64,000 nucleotides of DNA from a virus (lineage: Duplodnaviria > Caudoviricetes), in IMG/VR virus record IMGVR_UViG_3300021431_000076, positions 256,001 through 320,000 of that record; one strand, 5' to 3'. The notes beneath the pieces are model-generated. The model did no database searches, was not told the DNA's origin, and saw nothing but the letters and a program-made list of their open reading frames with translations. This document shows positions 15,882 to 24,690 of this stretch, one piece after another; the first letter of the stretch is position 1; each line of letters starts with the position of its first letter. A program made the position numbers and the translations under genes.

Positions 15882-16487
15882 TTGTCATATCTTTCTATCC
15901 AAAAAGATGATTTATTTAAAAGAATAAAACAAAGAAATCAAGAACTTAATCATTATGATTATGGGTTTATCTATAAAGGAAAAAAAGAATCAGAAAATTT
16001 CGATCATTATAGAACCATATCACCTGAAGATTTTGAAAAACATAAACTTGGAGTTTGTTGGGATTATGTAGAACAAGAAGCTAGAGATTTTAAATCTTTT
16101 GGATTTAAGAATACTAATAAACCATTAGAAGATATGCAATTCTCACTTTACTATATTTGCCATACTACAGAGGATGGAATAAATCCAACTCATACATGGC
16201 TAGGATTTAAATATAATGGAAATGTATATGCATTTGAATCTTCATGGTTGTCACATCAAGGAATTCATAAATTTAAAGATGAAAAAAGCATGATATCTAC
16301 TTATGCTAAATGGCATAAATCTGGTATAAAATCCAAAATAATTAACCAGTATATTATAAAGTATGCCCCTAGGATTAAATTCGGTAAGACTCCTCAGCAA
16401 TATATGAATGACATACATTATTCTTCTGGTATATATTATAGCACTACTGATCCTAAATATAAAAATAAAATTAAATATAGATTATAG
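15882..16487 (+). CDS. transglutaminase/papain-like cysteine-triad protein with MSYL leader
   Basis: GVCWD, THTW and FESSW motifs; TTG start with SD GGAGGTG. Confidence 0.55.
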   Translation: MSYLSIQKDDLFKRIKQRNQELNHYDYGFIYKGKKESENFDHYRTISPEDFEKHKLGVCWDYVEQEARDFKSFGFKNTNKPLEDMQFSLYYICHTTEDGINPTHTWLGFKYNGNVYAFESSWLSHQGIHKFKDEKSMISTYAKWHKSGIKSKIINQYIIKYAPRIKFGKTPQQYMNDIHYSSGIYYSTTDPKYKNKIKYRL

Positions 16488-16500
16488 GAGGTGAAATTAG

Positions 16501-17595
16501 TTGTCATATCTTAAATTTAATGAATCTAATTCTCCTTGGTCTACAAGAATGAATACTTTTATATCAGAAGATGATATTGGTGTAAATTTATCTAGTTGGA
16601 ATTCTGGCGAGATTAATACATTATTCATCACTGGTATTTCTGGATCTGGTAAAACTACTCTTGCTAGAAAATATGCTAAAGATTTTAAATGTACTAAAGT
16701 ACATCTAGATACATTTTGGCATATGGGATATTTATCTTTAGATAAGATTAAAGCTTGGTGTCCATTAATATACCAATATATAGATGAAGGTAGAGTAGAT
16801 AAAAATTGGCTAAAACCATATTTAGCGAAGAAAAAGAAATCTTGTATTTCTATTTCCGATTATAAGGAAATAAGAAATACTCTTTATAAATTTTTAGATT
16901 GGTGTCTTAAAAAGAAAGAAAGAAAAGTAATAGAGGGTGTAGATGTTCCTGAATATATTATAATTAGACAATTATTCGAATATCCTATAATACTTAAAGG
17001 AACTTCTAAATATCATTCTTTGGCTAGACGTTGGTCAAGAGATTGGGATAGAATAAAGAAAGATGATAAATCTATTTTAGATCAACTAATAGACGATAAA
17101 ATTGTTTATGATATATGGGAAACTGAGCAAAATCATCTAAGACAAATCATACTTAATAGGAATGCAGAAATGACAACCTTAAAAGAATCTGTAGGAACCT
17201 ATCAAGATTCTTTGGTTATTTATAACTCTCTTACAGATCAAGAAAAACATTGGTGTTCTCCTTCTGGTAGATTTATAGATTCTCCTATATTGATCAGTAG
17301 GCAAATAATCTATGATAGAAATAAACCTGCAGCATTTGGTGAAGTATATAAATGGAATGGTAAATCTAAAAATGTTGGATTCATAGTATTAGCTGTACAT
17401 AAAAATCATAGAGGAAAAGGTTATGCTAGACAAGTCATAGATAGATGTATAGCCGAGATAAAACAATTAGGTTATAGTAAGCTTATCTATAGAGTGGATA
17501 TAGAAAATACTGCATCTATTAGACTTGCTGAAAAATATGGATTTGAACTTACTAAAGAGAGTAAAGGCTATAAGTCTTATAAATTAGATATTTAA
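16501..17595 (+). CDS. P-loop kinase fused to a GNAT acetyltransferase, MSYL leader
   Basis: GISGSGKT, HLD, VIEG; C-terminal LAVHKNHRGKGYA and NTASIRLAEKYGF. Confidence 0.75.
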   Translation: MSYLKFNESNSPWSTRMNTFISEDDIGVNLSSWNSGEINTLFITGISGSGKTTLARKYAKDFKCTKVHLDTFWHMGYLSLDKIKAWCPLIYQYIDEGRVDKNWLKPYLAKKKKSCISISDYKEIRNTLYKFLDWCLKKKERKVIEGVDVPEYIIIRQLFEYPIILKGTSKYHSLARRWSRDWDRIKKDDKSILDQLIDDKIVYDIWETEQNHLRQIILNRNAEMTTLKESVGTYQDSLVIYNSLTDQEKHWCSPSGRFIDSPILISRQIIYDRNKPAAFGEVYKWNGKSKNVGFIVLAVHKNHRGKGYARQVIDRCIAEIKQLGYSKLIYRVDIENTASIRLAEKYGFELTKESKGYKSYKLDI

Positions 17596-17742
17596 GATAA
17601 ATTATACCTATATATAAAAAGAATAGGTTGGTGCCGGATAATCTATTCTATGAAGAGTAAATCTGAATAACATGAAACCGAGTATTTAGATTTGCTGTTA
17701 AATATACCTCCTTAAAGGTAGACAAGTATATAAATTAACTGT

Positions 17743-17937
17743 CTAATTATGAGTCTTCATGAAATCATGAATATCATTAAGAACAGCTAATTTGATAAAC
17801 TCTTCAGCAATGCCTGATGATTCAGCTTGGTGGGTTGGACCAAAATTGAATACTTCAGGCATTTCATACTCTTTATCTAATACAGACAAAGGGTTCTTAC
17901 GTCCACTTAGGACAAACCGATTGTACACAGTTATCAC
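17743..17937 (-). CDS. small hypothetical early protein
   Basis: minus-strand early promoter at 17990-17981 and SD AAGGAGG; start may be GTG 17928. Confidence 0.55.
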   Translation of the reverse strand: MITVYNRFVLSGRKNPLSVLDKEYEMPEVFNFGPTHQAESSGIAEEFIKLAVLNDIHDFMKTHN

Positions 17938-18044
17938 CTCCTTTAGTTTCAGAGGTTATTCTTATTCATTCTTCGTGTATATAGTATATATCTGAAACTA
18001 AAGATTCCCTAGGGTATAAATACCCTAGGGAAAAATTAAACTAA

Positions 18045-18164
18045 AACTACCCCTAGATCCATATGGATCTAGGGGTATTAAAAAAGAAAGGAAGAAATAA
18101 AATGAATGTAATAATGTGGAGAAATTTATGAGAAATCATAGAAAGGAATTGATTAAATATAAGT
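18045..18164 (-). ncRNA. putative small RNA with multiple anti-SD segments
   Basis: promoter AACA-GAGTTG-TA (18175-18164); terminator TACCCCTAGATCC/GGATCTAGGGGTA; CU-rich body. Confidence 0.4.
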
Positions 18165-18182
18165 ACAACTCTGTTTACTTTT

Positions 18183-18602
18183 TTATTTTTCTAATTTATA
18201 AACATTACTTTTTCCATTATCTTTCTTCCAAGCAAAATTAAACCCATTATGTTTGGCTAATTTATTACTAGCTACATTGTTTATATCACAAGGCCAAAAT
18301 AAAAAGTCAAATTCACTTTTCTTAAACCACGATATTCCAGACTTTACTAGTTGACTAGCAATTCCTTGTCCTCTAGCTTCTGGAGATACAGCTAGTATAA
18401 CATAACTATCTTTATACTTACTACTAGGATCTTTCTTAATAGCAAAAAATCCTACTGGTTTATTTTGAAGATAATGAACTTTAAGAAACACTAAATTTTT
18501 TGATGTCAAACTATCAACATCTTTTTTCTCTTCAGAAGATAAGGATTTGCATACTATATTAGCATCTTTTAATTTTGCAGTATTAAAAGCTAAATAGCTC
18601 AT
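18183..18602 (-). CDS. GNAT acetyltransferase, MSYL leader
   Basis: LAVSPEARGQGIA and NVASNKLAKHNGF motifs. Confidence 0.8.
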   Translation of the reverse strand: MSYLAFNTAKLKDANIVCKSLSSEEKKDVDSLTSKNLVFLKVHYLQNKPVGFFAIKKDPSSKYKDSYVILAVSPEARGQGIASQLVKSGISWFKKSEFDFLFWPCDINNVASNKLAKHNGFNFAWKKDNGKSNVYKLEK

Positions 18603-19339
18603 TCTCTATGCAATCCTTTCTGTTCTGCATTTTGTTTCTTCAATGTTCTTGGTAAGAAGTAATCTGTGTTTACCAAGTTAGATTGAATATGTGCAGATAA
18701 TAAATATGCTGATATAAGATTTCTTGCTATGGAATCAGAATTGGTAATTTCTACTTCTTTCATACTAACCTGACCTTTAGCATTGATTTCATTGTAGAAT
18801 TCATTCTTTGCATTCATTGCATCTGCACGGACTGTTATCAATTCATCCATAGTATTATCTAGATTCATGACTGCTAATGATTCTACTTCTCTATCTGATA
18901 GCTGTGAGTTCTTATCTGTATCAATAAGATTACCAGTCTTATAATCTCTCTTAGATATATCAGTAGAGAATGCTGATTTCTTTACAACCATCTGTTTCAT
19001 TCTCTTAAGAGGTAAATATACTACACAGACTTTCTGACTCTTTACTGGTACACCATCAGAGTTGGTGTATAAGAATGGCATATTTACTTCTTCATTTATT
19101 GGTACATTAATATATTGTAAAGCTTTCATAATAGTATCCATAGTAGGATCTATCTCAAATGGTTTATACTGGAACTTAAGAGGGAAGTCTTGCTTAAAGA
19201 AATCATAGAATTGTTTATCATTCATCTTAGCAAACTTCTTCTTATAGTATTCAGTGTTTTGACCAGTTGGATCCATAATATTCATAACATCATAGATCTT
19301 CTTCTCTACTTTTAATCTCTTATCTTTTGTTATAGCCAA
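18599..19339 (-). CDS. split RNA polymerase beta-subunit C-terminal fragment, probably virion RNAP
   Basis: VYLPLKRMKQMVVKK...RDYKTG...SQLSDREVESL parallels the beta C-terminal YMLKLxHxVxDK...GQRFGEMEVWAL region; lies in a late operon. Confidence 0.65.
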   Translation of the reverse strand: MAITKDKRLKVEKKIYDVMNIMDPTGQNTEYYKKKFAKMNDKQFYDFFKQDFPLKFQYKPFEIDPTMDTIMKALQYINVPINEEVNMPFLYTNSDGVPVKSQKVCVVYLPLKRMKQMVVKKSAFSTDISKRDYKTGNLIDTDKNSQLSDREVESLAVMNLDNTMDELITVRADAMNAKNEFYNEINAKGQVSMKEVEITNSDSIARNLISAYLLSAHIQSNLVNTDYFLPRTLKKQNAEQKGLHRE

Positions 19340-19351
19340 TGATAATCACCC

Positions 19352-20392
19352 CTAATATCTAACAAAATACCCATTAGTCTTTCTTATATCTGCTATCTTC
19401 TTATTCATTGCTGTAGGATCAGCCAACTTAGCAGAGTTATTATTACTAAAATAATTAGATGGAAGATAACCTTCAATCTTATTATAGTAAAACTTAATGA
19501 TACTATCTCTAACACTGTCATCTTTTGTATTGAATACTTGGTCTACATATCTTTTACATGCAATAATATTACTCTCTAATTCTTTTTTACTTTTAGATGA
19601 TAAAGAAGGATCATTCTTAAGATCAGATTCCATTTGTCTGATTTGAACCATTAGTCTTTCTTTTGTATTAGGATGACAATCCATATCAGTAATAGATTTA
19701 GCAGCTGCCCAAATTACTTGTTTAACTGCTCCTAGTATATTTAATACAGGTACATCTTTAAATGTTCTATCTAAAGCACTAGTATTCATTCTCTTAAGAA
19801 TATCGCCATTCATAGTTACTACTTCCATGATCTCTTTACTATATCCATACATTCCTGCAAATTGATCTGCAAACTTTTCATCTACTCTATCGGTTAGTTT
19901 TTCTTTATTTAATAAGAATGGAGAAAATGCATGTCCTATTTCATGCATTAAAACAGCAACTATTTGAGCTGGACTAAATGTTAGTTTTCCATCATCTCGT
20001 GGGAAAAATAATCCTAATGTAGCTAAAATAACAATATTCATTTGCATTGTATTTTTATCAAACGAAAATCCATACTTGCTTACATTTACTCTAGTAGCAG
20101 GTTTGTTTTGTTGTTCTTTTATTGGATATACTATACTAGATGCATTTATGGAAGTTGTTCTATGAAGTCCTAATGCTACATCATTAAAACCAAATGTTTT
20201 TACCAAACATTCTGGTATTTTCTTCATTAATACTTCATCTCTAAGAAGTTCTTTATATTCTTCATTATGAGTTACTAAATACTTAGATGAGTATGGATAT
20301 CTAGCTCTTAATTCTGTTATATAATCTTCTAAATCTAATAATGCTTGTGTCTTACCAAAATACGCTTCATTAAGTGATTTTAATTCTTCCAA
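19352..20392 (-). CDS. zinc metallopeptidase-like putative virion protein (HExxH)
   Basis: VLMHEIGHAF, EKFADQFAGMYGY and HPxxxER (M48-like). Confidence 0.65.
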   Translation of the reverse strand: MEELKSLNEAYFGKTQALLDLEDYITELRARYPYSSKYLVTHNEEYKELLRDEVLMKKIPECLVKTFGFNDVALGLHRTTSINASSIVYPIKEQQNKPATRVNVSKYGFSFDKNTMQMNIVILATLGLFFPRDDGKLTFSPAQIVAVLMHEIGHAFSPFLLNKEKLTDRVDEKFADQFAGMYGYSKEIMEVVTMNGDILKRMNTSALDRTFKDVPVLNILGAVKQVIWAAAKSITDMDCHPNTKERLMVQIRQMESDLKNDPSLSSKSKKELESNIIACKRYVDQVFNTKDDSVRDSIIKFYYNKIEGYLPSNYFSNNNSAKLADPTAMNKKIADIRKTNGYFVRY

Positions 20393-20416
20393 ATTTCATC
20401 ACCTTCTTATTTTTAC

Positions 20417-20495
20417 CATATATGTGCTCCAGAAGTTCCCACCCTCGGGAACTTCTGATCGTCTCATTTCTCAAAAACGAGTTTAAACGACTATG
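20417..20495 (-). repeat. dispersed 80-bp element, copy A
   Basis: reverse complement aligns with 25250-25330. Confidence 0.7.
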
Positions 20496-20508
20496 CGTGT
20501 ATACTTCC

Positions 20509-21714
20509 TCACTTATTAGCTGCTATAATTGTTAAAGTGAAATAAGTAAGAAGAGATTTAATATAACTCTGTTTGGTAGCTTCTCTAGACTTTCTCTTTC
20601 TAAATCTAACAGAATTATCTTCTAATAATTCCATTACTATATCTTTAATTCTGTTAATGGTTTCATCTTTAGAATTTGGTTTAGGTCTAGTAGCATAAGA
20701 AAAAAATGCAGTTGATACTACATCTTTATTTGTAGATTGGTTCATATAAGATCCAATCATACTAGTTACCAACTCTCTTATTAGTTTTATATTATCTCTA
20801 TTATTCAATATAGACTCTACAATTTGTTTAACTTCTTCTGTCTTTACATTAGCATCAGCAGAATATTTGCATGTTTTATAATCTACTTGAGAGGTGTTTA
20901 TTCTTTCCATTGCCTTCTGAGTATACTTCTGTAACTTAAACATGTCATTATCTGTTAAGTGGTATGCTCCTCCTGATTCTCCTTCAGGTATAGCATCATT
21001 ATCATAAGTAATATACTCCTTATTATCATATGCTTCATAATAAAGAGTAGCTATGTTCTTCATGAAAGATTTAATACGATTATGGATCTGCTGAACCACA
21101 TAAACTACATCTTCATCATCAAAATCCATAAATTCTTTCTTATATGAATCTACCCATAATAATGATATAGTCTTTATAGCACCTATTACAGTTCCTGATC
21201 TCTTTAACTCATACTTATTCGTTAATCTAGTATTTACTACATACTCCATTATGTGTCTATACTTAGTAGGAGCAAAAGTAAATGATCCAGAATGAATAGA
21301 TGGATATAGTTTACCAGAAAAAGAAAGATAGATTACTGCTAGATCTAGATTTTTCTGATCTTTCTTAATAAGAAAATATCTTACTACACAAAGAGCTACT
21401 ATTGTAGTAGAATCTTTAGCAGCTTGTGGATTAAACTTCTTTATATCTGCATAGTATGTATGCTTCATGCAGGTATTTATATCTTTCATATCTAATCCCA
21501 ACGCATCAAAGAGTATTTCCCTATCAGAATCATGATAATATATTCTATCTACTGGCATAGAATCAAATAATGCTTGAGATCTATCATGAATGAATCTAGA
21601 TATACACTGTTTCCATTGAGCTAGTCTTTTAGATAATCCTTGCTCTATTTTAGGATATATCTCTTTAAGAACAGCCTCAGAATTATAATTAGACTTCTTA
21701 TGTCCTACAGCCAT
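20509..21714 (-). CDS. jumbo-phage hypothetical protein (late)
   Basis: 401 aa; promoter AACA-ATAAGG-TA at 21763-21752. Confidence 0.65.
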   Translation of the reverse strand: MAVGHKKSNYNSEAVLKEIYPKIEQGLSKRLAQWKQCISRFIHDRSQALFDSMPVDRIYYHDSDREILFDALGLDMKDINTCMKHTYYADIKKFNPQAAKDSTTIVALCVVRYFLIKKDQKNLDLAVIYLSFSGKLYPSIHSGSFTFAPTKYRHIMEYVVNTRLTNKYELKRSGTVIGAIKTISLLWVDSYKKEFMDFDDEDVVYVVQQIHNRIKSFMKNIATLYYEAYDNKEYITYDNDAIPEGESGGAYHLTDNDMFKLQKYTQKAMERINTSQVDYKTCKYSADANVKTEEVKQIVESILNNRDNIKLIRELVTSMIGSYMNQSTNKDVVSTAFFSYATRPKPNSKDETINRIKDIVMELLEDNSVRFRKRKSREATKQSYIKSLLTYFTLTIIAANK

Positions 21715-21781
21715 ATTTCACATTCCTCTCTATAAAATCCTTGATTTTGCTTACCTTATTGTTTTCCCAAGCAGTATTCAG

Positions 21782-21898
21782 AAAAAAAAATAACTAGAAA
21801 GGGATATCAAGTCAATCTAGTTATTTTCGTTTGTAGGAAGCCTAGATACCATAAGTTAGTTTTTATAGTATAATACGAATCTCCTACCGACTCATATC
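21782..21898 (-). ncRNA. putative early small RNA
   Basis: early promoter at 21914-21905; GTAGGAG/TTCCTAC stem; terminator AAAATAACTAGA/TCTAGTTATTTT plus U-run; no credible ORF. Confidence 0.4.
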
Positions 21899-21973
21899 AT
21901 TATAATAATATATAAATGAAATTTTGTTTACTTTTCAAAATTTAATAATTTATTATTGAACGTACACTATAGT

Positions 21974-22204
21974 ACAAGATAAAGTCGCGAGGGTTAAGAT
22001 GTACATAGTATAACTATGGATATCGAAGACTATAAAAACCCTTGATTCATACGAATCAATTTTCTTATGTTGTTAAGTCAAACATAGGCGGCATCAGAGA
22101 CATAATTGCTTTGGTGATTCACACATGAAGATTGAATTAAAACTCAATTTTTATGTGTGACCGGGGGAAGATAGGGTAGAGGGGGGTCACCCTTTGTTTT
22201 TTTC
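21974..22204 (+). ncRNA. putative structured RNA (about 230 nt)
   Basis: TACA-CTATAG-TA promoter-like site; at least five stems; G-rich 3-prime part and terminal hairpin plus T-run. Confidence 0.45.
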
Positions 22205-22362
22205 AGGCTTTTGGAAATTCAATCAAATTTCTCTAGGAGAATATCTCTCCTAGAGAATATTTTTGTTTTATAAACTTTAATCCTATTAATATATTCTTAT
22301 TAAACTAAAAAATAGAAATATACTATTCTATTGAGGGTGAGTTAGAGAGAGGAGTAGTTAAA

Positions 22363-22686
22363 ATGATTATTGGGAAAGATTCAGAAGAAATGAAATTACT
22401 AGGAGAAAGATTAGATAATATTCTAGAAAGAGCTAATACTATCTATTGGATTAAATCTAAGAAATATAATCAAGAAAGAGATATACTCAATGTAGTAAGA
22501 TATAATCTAGTTATATCTAATACAGATTATACTAAGATAGATTCTATTTTTGATATGACTAAACCTAAAGAGTTATATGATATTTGTATTAAATCTCTAG
22601 ATGAGATTATACAAGATGCTATAAATGATAGAAAAAGAGAGATTATTCTAGGAAGAGATACTGTATCTGATAGGAGGATAAAGTAA
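22363..22686 (+). CDS. hypothetical early protein
   Basis: early promoter plus SD GAGGAG. Confidence 0.6.
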   Translation: MIIGKDSEEMKLLGERLDNILERANTIYWIKSKKYNQERDILNVVRYNLVISNTDYTKIDSIFDMTKPKELYDICIKSLDEIIQDAINDRKREIILGRDTVSDRRIK

Positions 22687-22944
22687 ATGGAAAAAGTTAA
22701 GTTACTCAAATTAAAAGATATGAATAAAGATATCTTCAAGGAAATAATGAATACCTGTATGAAGATAAATAATGAGATAGTAACTATCAAAGAATATTCT
22801 AAATCTGATCCTAGTAATCCAATATTCAGAATAGATGAAGATAAATTGATTGATAGATACTATGAAGTGATAGAGTTATTGTTTATAATGGATAATTCTA
22901 TAAATTATCAACTAAATAAGAAAGAGGAGAATGAGAATGAGTGA
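22687..22944 (+). CDS. hypothetical protein
   Basis: SD AGGAGG. Confidence 0.6.
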   Translation: MEKVKLLKLKDMNKDIFKEIMNTCMKINNEIVTIKEYSKSDPSNPIFRIDEDKLIDRYYEVIELLFIMDNSINYQLNKKEENENE

Positions 22945-23215
22945 TAATGTAATTAACTTCAATGCAATATTACAAAAGAAAAAGAAAGGAATGACTAGAG
23001 AACAAGCTATAGAGTTATGTATGCATATGTATGAACTCTCTGATGATTTATCCTATGGATTAACTAAACTTACAGATTACATAGAAGAAGATATAGGACA
23101 TGATGAATTTGTTAAAACAATGAAATTGATAGGTGCTAAACAATATATTCTTACTAATGGTATTCAATTGAATAACGTTCTGAATATTATAGGAGAATAT
23201 GTAAAAGGAGAATAA
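22931..23215 (+). CDS. hypothetical protein
   Basis: SD GAGGAG; start may be ATG 22937. Confidence 0.6.
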   Translation: MRMSDNVINFNAILQKKKKGMTREQAIELCMHMYELSDDLSYGLTKLTDYIEEDIGHDEFVKTMKLIGAKQYILTNGIQLNNVLNIIGEYVKGE

Positions 23216-23219
23216 AATA

Positions 23220-23450
23220 ATGGATATAAAAGAAGACTATGAAGAATTAGAAAAGTCATATAGTAATTTTCTAGATCATCTATTTCAATTACAGAAAAAT
23301 TGTAATGATAAGATGACATTTCTAGAAAGTTATACTATACGACTTCAGATAAATACTATTGGTAATTCTATGAAATCTATTAGAAATGTATTAGGTAATT
23401 ATATTACTAGAGAGAATGGTATATATGATAAAAGAAGAAGTATTGAATAA
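23220..23450 (+). CDS. hypothetical protein
   Basis: SD AAGGAG. Confidence 0.55.
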   Translation: MDIKEDYEELEKSYSNFLDHLFQLQKNCNDKMTFLESYTIRLQINTIGNSMKSIRNVLGNYITRENGIYDKRRSIE

Positions 23451-23643
23451 TATGAGTAAAGAAGAGCTTATAAAAAAGATTAGAGAATTAGAAGAAAAGA
23501 ATGAAATACTAGAAATAAGAGTCAATAACTATTCTAATTCATATTTCTCTATATTATATACTCTAGATAATATACTTCAACAAACAGGATATAGAAGAAT
23601 GACAGATGTATCTAGAATATCTTCAAATAACTTCTATATGTAA
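23416..23643 (+). CDS. small coiled-coil protein
   Basis: MSKEELIKKIRELEE segment; start uncertain. Confidence 0.5.
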   Translation: MVYMIKEEVLNNMSKEELIKKIRELEEKNEILEIRVNNYSNSYFSILYTLDNILQQTGYRRMTDVSRISSNNFYM

Positions 23644-23756
23644 ATCTAGTATAATAAGAGTAGAGAATATTCTCTACTCTCTATTTTTTGTAAAGTAAAA
23701 ATTTTTTCAGTTATATACCATTCCTATGAGTATGAGTTCGAGGAGGAATAGTTAAA

Positions 23757-23909
23757 ATGAATAATGAATATACCAAAGAGAGTTTAGAAAAGTTATCTAA
23801 AAAAGAATTGATATCTATTATTTTAGAATTACAAGAAGAATATGAAGAGTTAGATAAAGATTTTACAGAATATATGGATAATGATCCATTTTCTAATTTA
23901 TCTACTTAA
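23757..23909 (+). CDS. 50-aa coiled-coil protein not in the ORF track
   Basis: early promoter 23712, SD GAGGAGG; MNNEYTKESLEKLSKKELISIILELQEE, similar to ORF 23416. Confidence 0.65.
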   Translation: MNNEYTKESLEKLSKKELISIILELQEEYEELDKDFTEYMDNDPFSNLST

Positions 23910-24064
23910 GTATAAAAAGTATACTCTAAATAGAGTATACTTTTTTTGAGTAAAAAATTTTTTAGTTATATACTATTCTATTGAGTGTGAGTGTGAGAGA
24001 GGTATACTCTCTACACCTCATATTCATATATCTAATTTATTTTCTACTAAAGGAGTTTTGTTAC

Positions 24065-24574
24065 ATGACAAAAGAACAAAAGTTACTGAATCAGATGGTT
24101 AAGGTCACTAATAAGTATTGTAACCTTTTGGAAGAGTTCCATAAGACTATGGACGAGAGAGATTACGAGTATACTGAGGAACAATTACAGAAATTGGAAA
24201 CTCTCAGAGATTATACTGATACTATCTATGACAACATGAGTGTTATCAAAGACCATCAGGATATCATAGTCAAGACTCTTGAAGATATCAAGACTGCTAT
24301 TGGTTATGAAGAAGAGAAAAAATATCTGTACATCGTTGATGGTTGTGATAAGGAAAATCTTACTAAGGACTACAAACTTTGTAGAACCTTGGAAGAGAAG
24401 TTCAGCAAAGATGGTGTGAATGCCATGGTAGTAGTTTCAGGCATGCTTGAAGATATAATTAAAAGCATTGAAGAACAGAATAAGAGAGGTGCAGAGTTAT
24501 TCAAGAATCTGATTAAAGAGAGAGAAGAAAAACACATTACTCATGACCAGCTTGTAGAGATGGTTAATAACTAA
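24065..24574 (+). CDS. hypothetical early protein (start revised)
   Basis: SD AAGGAG before ATG 24065. Confidence 0.65.
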   Translation: MTKEQKLLNQMVKVTNKYCNLLEEFHKTMDERDYEYTEEQLQKLETLRDYTDTIYDNMSVIKDHQDIIVKTLEDIKTAIGYEEEKKYLYIVDGCDKENLTKDYKLCRTLEEKFSKDGVNAMVVVSGMLEDIIKSIEEQNKRGAELFKNLIKEREEKHITHDQLVEMVNN

Positions 24575-24690
24575 TTTCTATTATTCTACTATTATAAAGA
24601 TAGACTATATTAGTCTATCTTTTTTTGAGTAAAAGAAAAAATAGAGATATACTATCTATATGAGGTCAGGTTGAGAGAGGAGTATTTAAA

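Noticed and set aside
17792-17995. Plus-strand 67-aa ORF
   Set aside because: The overlapping minus-strand ORF has the promoter and SD; this one has neither.
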